This document shows, piece after piece, positions 36,637 to 44,298 of a stretch of 55,191 nt of DNA; the first letter of the stretch is position 1; each line of letters begins with the position of its first letter. This DNA is from Dehalococcoidales bacterium (lineage in GTDB: Bacteria > Chloroflexota > Dehalococcoidia > Dehalococcoidales > UBA5760), in assembly GCA_021161775.1 (NCBI GenBank), contig JAGGZY010000016.1, forward strand, positions 1-55,191, written 5' to 3'. A program made the position numbers and the translations under genes. A model generated the notes under the pieces. That model made no database searches and was not told the DNA's origin. It saw only the letters and a program-made list of their open reading frames with translations.

Positions 36637-38294
36637 TTCTCCTCCAGGTTAATAATTTTGCCCCCCATCTCTAAGGCGGCTTTTACCAGATGATTAGCCT
36701 CTGGTGGAGCTGGTCGGTCTGTCTGATTAATACAGCGCACGTGACAGGGACGGCCGATGAAGTTACTCAGTATCCTTTCTGCTATCTGTTGGTTTTGAGG
36801 CTTCTCCATATTCTCCCGATGAAAGGGGTATTTGAATGCCAGGACTATGGTATCATTCTCAAAGGCTACCGGCTTGCCGGAGCTTCTCAGGAAGGCGATA
36901 GCCTGGGTTCGTTTGGTATCCGGGGGGGCTTGCTCGATAACCTGCTTCCAGTGGCGTTTCAGAGACTCAATTTCCTGGCCCGGCTCAGGTGGAGTAATGA
37001 CTACCTCAGAGGTAGGAGTTGGCGTTGGCTTAGGGGTTAGTGTAGGAGTTGGCGTTGGCTTAGGGGTTAGTGTAGGAGTTGGCGTCGGCTTAGGGGTTAG
37101 TGTAGGAGTTGGCGTCGGCTTAGGGGTTGGTATAGAGACTGGTGTTGGTTTGGGCGTTGATTTGGAAATTGGTGTTGGTGTTGGCTGGTCTTCTTCGGGG
37201 TTTAGGGCGCAGTCAACCAGGGCTAGTTCCAGTGGCAGGGTAGAGTAACTATCTAGGCTAGAGCTAAGCTGGCCGAAGAGCTTGACCGCTTTTAGTATCA
37301 GGTTCAGGGGAGCTTTAGTGGCTAGTGTCTTTAGCCGGGCGATGTCCTCGGCGGTGAGGTCAACGGCTTCAGCGGAGCCGGCCTTGATGAGCAGCAGGGC
37401 GCGGAGATAGTCTACCAGTTGCCAATTGAACTGGCGTAAATCCAGTCCATCGCTACGGACACTGTTTATAGTGGTTATTCCAGCGGCGATATCGTTATTT
37501 ATGATGTGGGTTACTATCTCTCGGGCCCGCTGGTCTTCACTGATACCCAGGGTAGTCTGAATCTGGGAGCGATTGATTTCGGTACCATAACTGGTAATTA
37601 GCTGTTCCAGTATATTTTCGGCATCTCGCAGACTGCCGGTGGCGCTTTGGGCAATAAGTCGTAGTGCCTCAGGCTCGATATGAACCTCCTCAGCATCACA
37701 GATACGGGTTAATCGGCTGATGATATCTGTTTGGGGGATGCGGCGAAAATCAAAGCGCTGGCATCGCGATATAATGGTAGGCAGGACTTTATGAATCTCG
37801 GTGGTGGCGAGGCTAAAAATGACCGATGGTGGTGGCTCCTCCAGAGTTTTCAGGAGGGCGTTGAAGGCATTATTACTGAGCATATGGACTTCGTCAATGA
37901 TATAGACCTTGTAACGGGCTTGGCTAGGGGCGTAGTTGGCTCTCTCGCGTAGCTCGCGGATGTTATCGACCCCGGTATTACTGGCGGCGTCAATCTCGAT
38001 GACATCTAACGCCCGGCCCTCGGTAATGGCACAGCACATAGAGCAGGTATTACACGGCTCACCCTGGCCATTAGTCAGGCAATTTACTGCCTTAGCCAAA
38101 ATACGCCCGGTGCTGGTTTTACCGGTGCCTCGGGGTCCACAGAAAAGGTAAGCATGAGCTATCCGACCACTACGCAGGGCATTGAGCAGTGTCCGGGTAA
38201 CATGTTGCTGACCAACTACCTCAGCTAGGGTTTGGGGACGCCATTTACGGTACAGAACCTGAGAAGCCATTTTATCGCTTTTATTATACCCCAT
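36633..38294 (-). CDS. dnaX: DNA polymerase III subunit gamma/tau
   Basis: [18 protein letters not shown] and [15 protein letters not shown] (Walker A) are present. A Zn module CxxC..C..C, the DEVHML motif and the SRC motif follow. The Pro/Thr-rich linker comes later in the protein. Confidence 0.9.
   Translation of the reverse strand: MGYNKSDKMASQVLYRKWRPQTLAEVVGQQHVTRTLLNALRSGRIAHAYLFCGPRGTGKTSTGRILAKAVNCLTNGQGEPCNTCSMCCAITEGRALDVIEIDAASNTGVDNIRELRERANYAPSQARYKVYIIDEVHMLSNNAFNALLKTLEEPPPSVIFSLATTEIHKVLPTIISRCQRFDFRRIPQTDIISRLTRICDAEEVHIEPEALRLIAQSATGSLRDAENILEQLITSYGTEINRSQIQTTLGISEDQRAREIVTHIINNDIAAGITTINSVRSDGLDLRQFNWQLVDYLRALLLIKAGSAEAVDLTAEDIARLKTLATKAPLNLILKAVKLFGQLSSSLDSYSTLPLELALVDCALNPEEDQPTPTPISKSTPKPTPVSIPTPKPTPTPTLTPKPTPTPTLTPKPTPTPTLTPKPTPTPTSEVVITPPEPGQEIESLKRHWKQVIEQAPPDTKRTQAIAFLRSSGKPVAFENDTIVLAFKYPFHRENMEKPQNQQIAERILSNFIGRPCHVRCINQTDRPAPPEANHLVKAALEMGGKIINLEEK
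37021..37140. repeat. Tandem 30-bp repeat (~4 copies) inside dnaX encoding a ([10 protein letters not shown])n linker
   Basis: GGCGTTGGCTTAGGGGTTAGTGTAGGAGTT is repeated head-to-tail with 0-1 mismatches for 3 copies and a degenerate 4th. It stays in frame, giving [10 protein letters not shown] repeats in the protein. Confidence 0.85.
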
Positions 38295-38357
38295 AATCCT
38301 GGAAGGTTACCAAAGATTTCTACTAATCGAGATTAAATTTGGGGCTGGGATAGTTGA

Positions 38358-39533
38358 TTATAATAGTGAAGGTATATCCTTAGAGGCGTCATCTATTTCC
38401 TTGAGCTTACTGGCTAGTTCTTGTTGCTTTTGCTTCACCTCTTTGATAACCACGGTTGATTCTCGGTAGAAGACCTTGACCTTTTCCACATTGTCCAGTT
38501 CGGAGAGGATTACGGCTACATCCAGCAACCCTCTATTTCGGGGGTAGTCGCCGCTCCTGATGATAGCCTTGGGTGCCAAACTTCTCATATAGTCCCCGAG
38601 GTCCTTGACTAGGTCCATGTTCATCTCATTAGCTGGTGCCGAAAGGAGATATAGTGCCCGGTTAGCATCCTGGGGATTACACTTGAGGGATAGCTCACTC
38701 AGGGCTTCATCCATAGCTTGGATTCCCTTGTCGGTTTCACTACTTTTTACCCTGAAGTTGTGCTTTTGGCGTGGGGAAGGTTTGAAGAAGGGTAATTCCG
38801 ATTTACCGTAACCGATTACAGTCCATCCCGCTAGGGTCTGGATGATGTCACCAGCGTCAAGGGTTTTGGAGCCAATGTGTTTTCGCTTTTTCTCCTCACC
38901 AGCGCAGAGCAGATTGTAAAATGGTTCCACTATTGACCGGTTGATTTGGTCGATGTTGTTGCTAACTGAGGAGTCCTTGTGGACATACCTCTGGTTGTCA
39001 ATCAGGAATATAGCATCGGCCGTGGTATTGGCTGACTTCAGGCATACCGCCGAATTATAGATGGTTCTTTCCTCGGTCTCCTCCTCGTGCTGGAAGGGGA
39101 GGATAATAAGATTATAGATCGGTTTATCCATATAGCGCTCTTTTATTAGCTGGGTCACTATGGGTAGTGAGCCGGAGCCGGTGCCGCCGGCGGAGCTGGC
39201 AATTAGCAAAAAGGCATCGGCGTCACGAAAATGCTCGGTGCTCCTGATAGCATCGATAATCTTGTCGCTGTCCTCTCGGGCTATCTCAGCTCCCAGCTCA
39301 TTAATCTTACCTACCCCGTGACCACCAGTCTTTCGTCCTCCAATGAGAATTCGGTGTTTGTAATCAGGTCGGATAGTATATAGACCACTCAGGTCGGCGG
39401 CATCGGTGTTTACCGCGAAAGCGCCGGTAACGATATCAATTCCTCGGTAGCTGCGCGCTCTGCCGTTAAGCCGGGCAAACTCGTCAGCGATTCTACCACC
39501 ACACTGCCCAAAGCCGATGATTACTAATTTCAT
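38358..39533 (-). CDS. Tubulin/FtsZ-superfamily GTPase, non-canonical (paralog A, ~391 aa)
   Basis: From ATG 39533 (GGAG RBS): MKLVIIGFGQCGGRIADEF, AVNTDAADL, GGHGVGK, SSAGGTGSG (T4 signature), LIDNQRY (T7-like). The C-terminal tail is KDIPSLL. The track start 39581 adds 16 unlikely residues. Confidence 0.8.
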   Translation of the reverse strand: MKLVIIGFGQCGGRIADEFARLNGRARSYRGIDIVTGAFAVNTDAADLSGLYTIRPDYKHRILIGGRKTGGHGVGKINELGAEIAREDSDKIIDAIRSTEHFRDADAFLLIASSAGGTGSGSLPIVTQLIKERYMDKPIYNLIILPFQHEEETEERTIYNSAVCLKSANTTADAIFLIDNQRYVHKDSSVSNNIDQINRSIVEPFYNLLCAGEEKKRKHIGSKTLDAGDIIQTLAGWTVIGYGKSELPFFKPSPRQKHNFRVKSSETDKGIQAMDEALSELSLKCNPQDANRALYLLSAPANEMNMDLVKDLGDYMRSLAPKAIIRSGDYPRNRGLLDVAVILSELDNVEKVKVFYRESTVVIKEVKQKQQELASKLKEIDDASKDIPSLL

Positions 39534-39610
39534 TTTCTGCTCCGGTAATCGAATAATTGTATTAATTAAGCCATACTTCATGTATTAATGTCAATTGCGG
39601 TGACGCTGTA

Positions 39611-39639
39611 TTGCAAAACCAAATGGCTTGTCATAAAAT
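39611..39639 (+). promoter_or_regulatory. Sigma-70-like promoter (TTGCAA-N17-TAAAAT) upstream of the 25-residue-repeat protein gene
   Basis: TTGCAA lies at 39611-39616 and TAAAAT at 39634-39639 with a 17-nt spacer. It is about 48 nt upstream of ATG 39687. Confidence 0.4.
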
Positions 39640-39686
39640 AGGGGACATAAAAAGTGCCAGTTGAAATCTAAGGGTGGTTAACCGAG

Positions 39687-40964
39687 ATGGCGGAAAACAG
39701 CATCGGAGCTGTAGAGAAGGCGGTAGCTAGGGCAGAAATACTGAATAAGTCAGCCAGAGAGGCTTCCGAGGCAACAATAATGGCAGCTCGGGAAGCTATC
39801 ATCAGGGCGGAAGAACTGGGCGAATCAGCTAGGAAAGCAGCTGAGGCGGCAACTAGGGCAGCTCAGGAAGCTATTGCTAGGGCAGAGGGGGTAAGACGGG
39901 AGTCGGCAGAGCATACTGAGGCATTGTCAGCGGCGTTTCAGAAAGCTATTGCCAGAGCGGAAGAAACTATCAGGTCAAATAAAGAAGCTACTGAGACTCT
40001 AGTTACCACCGCTAAGGAAGCTATAATTAGGGCGGAGAAGGTGGCTAGGACGGCTAAGGAGGTAGCGGAGATTTCGCTGAAAGAGTCACAGGAGGCGGTA
40101 GGTCGGATTGAGGGGATAGCTATTATGGCTAAGGAGGCGGCGGGTGAAGCTACCGATGTGTCTCGGGAAGCTGCTAGTAGGGCAGGAGAGATAGGCAAAT
40201 CATCGAAGAAGACGGCGGATGAAGCCATCAAGGCATCCCGGAAGGCGGTGGCTAAGGCGGATAAGGTAAGTAAGGCACTTGAGGAGGCTACTGAGGCATC
40301 AACTAAGGCGTTTGATAGAAGCATCGGACGGACGGAGGAAGCTACTCACTGGGCTAGAGAGACCATTGAGATGTCGATTATGGCGTTTGACAAGGCAATA
40401 AGCGGGGCTGAGGGGTTAAATCAGCAAGCCAGGGAGGTAGCTGAGTCGGTGAGAAGAACCTCCCAGGAGGCGATAGCCAGGATAGAGGCGATAAGTAGGG
40501 AGGTTCAAGAGACAGCGGCGGCGGCGGCGAAGGCATCCCAGGAGGCGATAGCCAGAGCGGAGGGGGTAGCTAGAGGGGTCAAGGGAACAGCTGAAGGGGC
40601 AAAGCGGGCCGCGGGGCTGGCTGTGTTGCCGATTAGGGAGACAGCAGCCTCAGGTACCCGAGCCGAAAAGCTGGTGGAAGCGGAGGTTGAGTCAGTTCAG
40701 GCAAAGCGGATGGGGAAGCTGGTGGCAAAGTTGGTTAAGGCAACAAGCCCTGCGGAGAAGGCGACTCCGCCAGCTAAAACAGCTAAGCCGGAAGCCAAGC
40801 CGGAGGTCAAACCAGAAGTCAAGCCGGAGGCCAAGTCGGCTGAGGAGGTAGCTAAGCTTGCCAGAAAGAGGATGGAGAAACGGCTGGAGTCGCTGACCAA
40901 AATGTATGCCACCGGTAAAGATAAGAATTTTGATGAAGGATCTGAGGATAGAGAGGACAAGTAA
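39687..40964 (+). CDS. Ala/Glu-rich helical repeat protein (12 x 25-residue repeats) with a Lys/Pro/Glu-rich C-terminal region
   Basis: 425-aa ORF with no TM segment or signal peptide. It contains repeats of (E/K)A(I/V)xRAE-x18. The tail contains KPEAKPEVKPEVKPEAK and a charged C-terminus. Confidence 0.8.
   Translation: MAENSIGAVEKAVARAEILNKSAREASEATIMAAREAIIRAEELGESARKAAEAATRAAQEAIARAEGVRRESAEHTEALSAAFQKAIARAEETIRSNKEATETLVTTAKEAIIRAEKVARTAKEVAEISLKESQEAVGRIEGIAIMAKEAAGEATDVSREAASRAGEIGKSSKKTADEAIKASRKAVAKADKVSKALEEATEASTKAFDRSIGRTEEATHWARETIEMSIMAFDKAISGAEGLNQQAREVAESVRRTSQEAIARIEAISREVQETAAAAAKASQEAIARAEGVARGVKGTAEGAKRAAGLAVLPIRETAASGTRAEKLVEAEVESVQAKRMGKLVAKLVKATSPAEKATPPAKTAKPEAKPEVKPEVKPEAKSAEEVAKLARKRMEKRLESLTKMYATGKDKNFDEGSEDREDK
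39717..40616 (+). repeat. Twelve tandem 75-nt (25-codon) coding repeats
   Basis: Counted by hand. KAVARAE, EAIIRAE, EAIARAE, KAIARAE, EAIIRAE, EAVGRIE, EAASRAG, KAVAKAD, RSIGRTE, KAISGAE, EAIARIE and EAIARAE each start exactly 25 residues after the previous one. Confidence 0.85.
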
Positions 40965-41056
40965 TGATATATAATTACTTGACTTTGTCGGCGGTTGAAA
41001 TTTAAGCTAATTAGTAAATCTTATTATAGTAAATCTTAATTAAAGGAGATTCTGGT

Positions 41057-41623
41057 ATGAGTCAGGATGAGCGGGTTCCAAAGGTTCAGAGACAGGTTGG
41101 GCAGCAGGATAGCAAGACAGAGAAGCCGGTCGGACAGCCAGCGGTAAAGCCGGTTGAGTCACCGGCGGCAAAGCCTTCTGAAGTTCGTGCTTCCTTGAGT
41201 GAAATTCTGGGGCGAGCGGAGAAGGCATATGCGGCTTACACTGATGCTCAAAAAGAGGTGGCCAAGGCTTACCGAGATAGCGAACTGGAAGCTGAGAAGA
41301 GTTATCGGGATAGCCTGCGGCAGGCGAGGAATGCCCGTGATGAAGGTATGATACAGGCTTTGAAGGTTCGTGATGAAACATCGGTTAAAATTCTGGCGGC
41401 TCGTACTGAGGCTATGGCTCAGGCGGAACAGATTTATCGGAAGGCTATCGGACAGGCGGAACAGGTGGCAAAGGATGGTGAACTGCGAGCCAAGAGCACC
41501 TATGATGAAAGTGTCAAGCAGATTTTAAGGACCTATGAGGAAGCGATAGCTCGGGCAGATAGAAAACGTACCGAAACTATAGACCAAGCCTGGAAAATCT
41601 ACAGTCGGGAAAGTGAGTCATAG
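41057..41623 (+). CDS. Small helical protein related in motif to the upstream repeat protein
   Basis: 188-aa ORF. The Pro/Lys/Gln-rich N-terminus (KPVGQPAVKPVESPAAKP) is followed by helical segments carrying ILGRAEK, KAIGQAEQ and EAIARADR, the same AIxRAE-type motif. The spacing is less regular. Confidence 0.7.
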   Translation: MSQDERVPKVQRQVGQQDSKTEKPVGQPAVKPVESPAAKPSEVRASLSEILGRAEKAYAAYTDAQKEVAKAYRDSELEAEKSYRDSLRQARNARDEGMIQALKVRDETSVKILAARTEAMAQAEQIYRKAIGQAEQVAKDGELRAKSTYDESVKQILRTYEEAIARADRKRTETIDQAWKIYSRESES

Positions 41624-41671
41624 ATTAGTTCGGGGGCAGCAGCTATTTCCTCGTGTTTATTACTGAGTTGG

Positions 41672-42835
41672 CTATAACAGTGAGGGGATGTCCTTGAAGG
41701 CTTCGGTTAGGTCTTGATGTTCAGTCTCTATCCCTTCCCGTTTTCGCTTGATGGTAGCGACGAGGTCAATGGTCTGGGTGAAGTAGTCTGTAATCTTGTT
41801 CACCCCACTGAGTTCAGAGAGGATTACGGTAATGTTCACGGCTGACTTTCCACGAGGGTAGTCTCCGGTTCTTATTGTTGCCTCCGGAGCAATGTGCTTG
41901 AGATGAGCCCCGATGTCCCTGACCAGGGTCATATCCATTTCCTTGGGTGGTGCTGAGAGGAGATATAGCCCCCGGCCAGCATCGGCAGGATTACAGCGGA
42001 GGGATAGCTCACTTATGGCGTTATTAATTACCTGAACCCCTCGTTGGTTTTCGGTTATCTTATCCCTGAAGTCAAGGGGGCTTCTGCGGCGTCCTATTGA
42101 GGACTGACTGTAGCCCATCACCGTCCACCCGGCTAGGGTCTGAATTATATCTCCGGCATCAAGTATCCTCGACCCAATGTACTGGGGCTTGGTCTCTTCA
42201 CCAGCACAAAGCAGGTCATAAAACGGTTCCACTATCATAGCGTTGATTTTAGCCAAGTTGCCTCTGATGGAGATGTTCTTACTGATATACCGCTGGTTAT
42301 CAATCAGAATTACGGCATCAGCCACCAGGTAAGCCGATTTAAGACAGGTAGCTGAGTTATAGACCGTTCTCCCCTCGGTTTCCTCTTCATGCTGGAAGGG
42401 AAGGGCAATAAGATTGTATATCGGCTTTTCGATATAGCGTTCTTTTAACTGCTGGGTTAAGGTGGCTATCGCCCCTGAGCCGGTTCCGCCGGCGGAGCCA
42501 GCAACCAGTAGAAAGGCGTCGGTCTCGGAGAGGTTTTCGGTTGACCTAACGGCATCAATAATCTTATCGCTGTCCTCTCGGGCTATCTCGGCTCCCAGCT
42601 CATTAATCTTGCCTACGCCATGTCCCCCGGTCTTGCTACTGCCGATAATGATGCGGTGTTGGTAGTCAGGTCGGATAGTAGCCAGCCCGCTCAGGTCAGC
42701 AACATCGGTGTTAACGGCGAGGACTCCGGTGATGATGTCCAGCTTACGCTCAATACGCGCCCTCATCCCCAGCCGGGCAAACTCGTCGGCAATTCGGCCT
42801 CCGCATTGTCCAAAACCTATAACCAGTAATTTCAC
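41672..42835 (-). CDS. Tubulin/FtsZ-superfamily GTPase, non-canonical (paralog B, 387 aa)
   Basis: MKLLVIGFGQCGGRIADEF, AVNTDVADL, GGHGVGK, GSAGGTGSG, LIDNQRY, and the C-terminal tail KDIPSLL. It is collinear with paralog A over its whole length. Confidence 0.8.
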   Translation of the reverse strand: MKLLVIGFGQCGGRIADEFARLGMRARIERKLDIITGVLAVNTDVADLSGLATIRPDYQHRIIIGSSKTGGHGVGKINELGAEIAREDSDKIIDAVRSTENLSETDAFLLVAGSAGGTGSGAIATLTQQLKERYIEKPIYNLIALPFQHEEETEGRTVYNSATCLKSAYLVADAVILIDNQRYISKNISIRGNLAKINAMIVEPFYDLLCAGEETKPQYIGSRILDAGDIIQTLAGWTVMGYSQSSIGRRRSPLDFRDKITENQRGVQVINNAISELSLRCNPADAGRGLYLLSAPPKEMDMTLVRDIGAHLKHIAPEATIRTGDYPRGKSAVNITVILSELSGVNKITDYFTQTIDLVATIKRKREGIETEHQDLTEAFKDIPSLL

Positions 42836-42839
42836 TTTA

Positions 42840-43145
42840 CTACCATTTCAGAATATTCTTAATAACAGTGGAATGATTTTTCTGGATAATCTTGGTTGCT
42901 GTAGTGTTTACCTTGCCCGCCCCGTGGCCAAAGGTTCTTAGCTCTCCGGGCAGCATCCGATGGTGTTTACCCTTGGGAAGATATTCCAGTCTTTTCAGGT
43001 CTACCTCGCTGGTGTTGACAGCGAAGGCATCAGCCAGAATAGTGAGCCTCCGGTTAAGTATTGACCGGGAGCAATTGTTAATCGCACAAAACTGGTCGGC
43101 AATACTACATCCACATTGCCCTAGACCAATAACAACTAATCTCAT
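42840..43145 (-). CDS. N-terminal-only tubulin/FtsZ-like paralog (101 aa; possible pseudogene or partial tandem duplicate)
   Basis: MRLVVIGLGQCGCSIADQF...FAVNTSEVDL...GHGAGKVNTTATKIIQ aligns with the first ~100 residues of paralog B. It stops before the GGTGSG signature, 4 nt upstream of paralog B's start. Confidence 0.6.
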   Translation of the reverse strand: MRLVVIGLGQCGCSIADQFCAINNCSRSILNRRLTILADAFAVNTSEVDLKRLEYLPKGKHHRMLPGELRTFGHGAGKVNTTATKIIQKNHSTVIKNILKW

Positions 43146-43221
43146 TATTTACCTCAGGCTCAGTATCTGTCATTTTAAGCATACCTAGGGTAGGGATGTC
43201 AATCTGGGGGTGATACGATAG

Positions 43222-44238
43222 TTATAGCCCTTTACTGGCGATGTAGGCGCTAAGGTCGGCTAAGCGGCAGCTATAGCCCCACTCGTTATCATACCAGGAG
43301 AGCACCTTGACCATATTACTACCAATGACCATTGTGCTTGGCGCATCAACAATAGAGCTGGCTGGATTACCCTTAAAATCGATGCCAACCAGCGGCTCCT
43401 GACAATATTCCAGGATTCCCTTTAAGGGTCCCTCAGCCGCTGCTCGGAAAGCCTGGTTCACCTGCTCTACATCAATCCCTCTGGCTAGTTCGGCGACGAA
43501 GTCAACTATGGAAACCGTAGCTACCGGAACCCTGAAAGCCAACCCCTGGAGTTTACCTTCCAATTCAGGGATGACCTGAGTTACTGCTTTGGCAGCCCCA
43601 GTGGTGGTGGGGATAATACTTAGCGCCGCCGCTCGAGCTCGGCGCGGGTCCTTGGGATGGGCTTTATCCAACAATTGCTGGTCGTTGGTGTAGGCGTGGA
43701 TGGTGCTCATTAACCCCTTAGTTATCCCGAAGTTTTGATGCAATACCTTGACTACCGGGGCAATACAATTGGTAGTACAGGAGGCGTTGGAGATGATAGA
43801 GTGTTTTTTAGGGTCATATTGGTCTTCATTAACGCCGATGACCACGGTTACATCCTCATTCTTGGCGGGTGCTGAGATAAGCACCTTCTTAACACTGCCC
43901 TTGAGGTGGGCTGCTGACTTAGTAGCATCAGTAAATTGCCCTGTCGCCTCTATTACGATATCGGTATCATAATCCTGCCATGGGATTTCGCTAGGGGTTG
44001 CTCCCCTTAGCACCTTTACCTTACTGTCACCAACAATAATGGAGTCGTCACTAGCCTCTACTGTGTCGGGATAGCGGCCGTAGGTGCTGTCCCATTTCAA
44101 CAGGTGAGCGTAGGTTTTAGCATCCCGGCGACCATTAATAGCCACTACCTCTAACTTACCACGGTAGTGTTGGTCAATTGCCTTGAAGGTTAACCTTGCC
44201 GTGCGCCCAAAGCCATTAATTCCTATCTTGGTTATCAT
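43222..44238 (-). CDS. gap: Glyceraldehyde-3-phosphate dehydrogenase, type I
   Basis: INGFGR is present, along with the SNASCTTN catalytic Cys motif and the WYDNEWGY C-terminus. Confidence 0.9.
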   Translation of the reverse strand: MITKIGINGFGRTARLTFKAIDQHYRGKLEVVAINGRRDAKTYAHLLKWDSTYGRYPDTVEASDDSIIVGDSKVKVLRGATPSEIPWQDYDTDIVIEATGQFTDATKSAAHLKGSVKKVLISAPAKNEDVTVVIGVNEDQYDPKKHSIISNASCTTNCIAPVVKVLHQNFGITKGLMSTIHAYTNDQQLLDKAHPKDPRRARAAALSIIPTTTGAAKAVTQVIPELEGKLQGLAFRVPVATVSIVDFVAELARGIDVEQVNQAFRAAAEGPLKGILEYCQEPLVGIDFKGNPASSIVDAPSTMVIGSNMVKVLSWYDNEWGYSCRLADLSAYIASKGL

Positions 44239-44298
44239 TTCTTATCCCTCCTAGCAATTTCTCTGTTGATAATATCATAAGCTGCTCGTAGTGTCAGC

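Noticed and set aside
37021-37140. A regular 30-bp repeat array that could superficially resemble a CRISPR array.
   Set aside because: The copies are head-to-tail with no spacers. They lie inside dnaX, stay in frame and encode a Pro/Thr linker. No cas genes are present.
36832-37248. Track ORF encoding a Gly/Val-rich repeat protein ([10 protein letters not shown]...).
   Set aside because: It is the antisense shadow of the dnaX Pro/Thr repeat. dnaX on the other strand has complete, canonical motifs.
36633-38294. A programmed -1 frameshift site (A AAA AAG type) in dnaX producing the gamma subunit.
   Set aside because: I saw no A-rich heptamer on the coding strand; there is no run of six or more T on the plus strand within the gene. 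There is no evidence for it here.
39938-40960. Minus-strand track ORFs (39938-40324 and 40697-40960) inside the Ala/Glu-rich repeat gene.
   Set aside because: They are antisense shadows typical of GC(N)-rich Ala/Glu coding sequence (Ala/Ser/Leu-rich low complexity). The plus-strand ORF has the RBS, the promoter and the precise 25-residue periodicity.
38358-42835. Calling the two GTPase genes ftsZ.
   Set aside because: The N-terminal loop is GQCGG, not GGGGxN. The T7 region is DNQRY, not the FtsZ N(L/V)DFAD type. There is no dcw-cluster context. The superfamily assignment is safe, but the ftsZ label is not.
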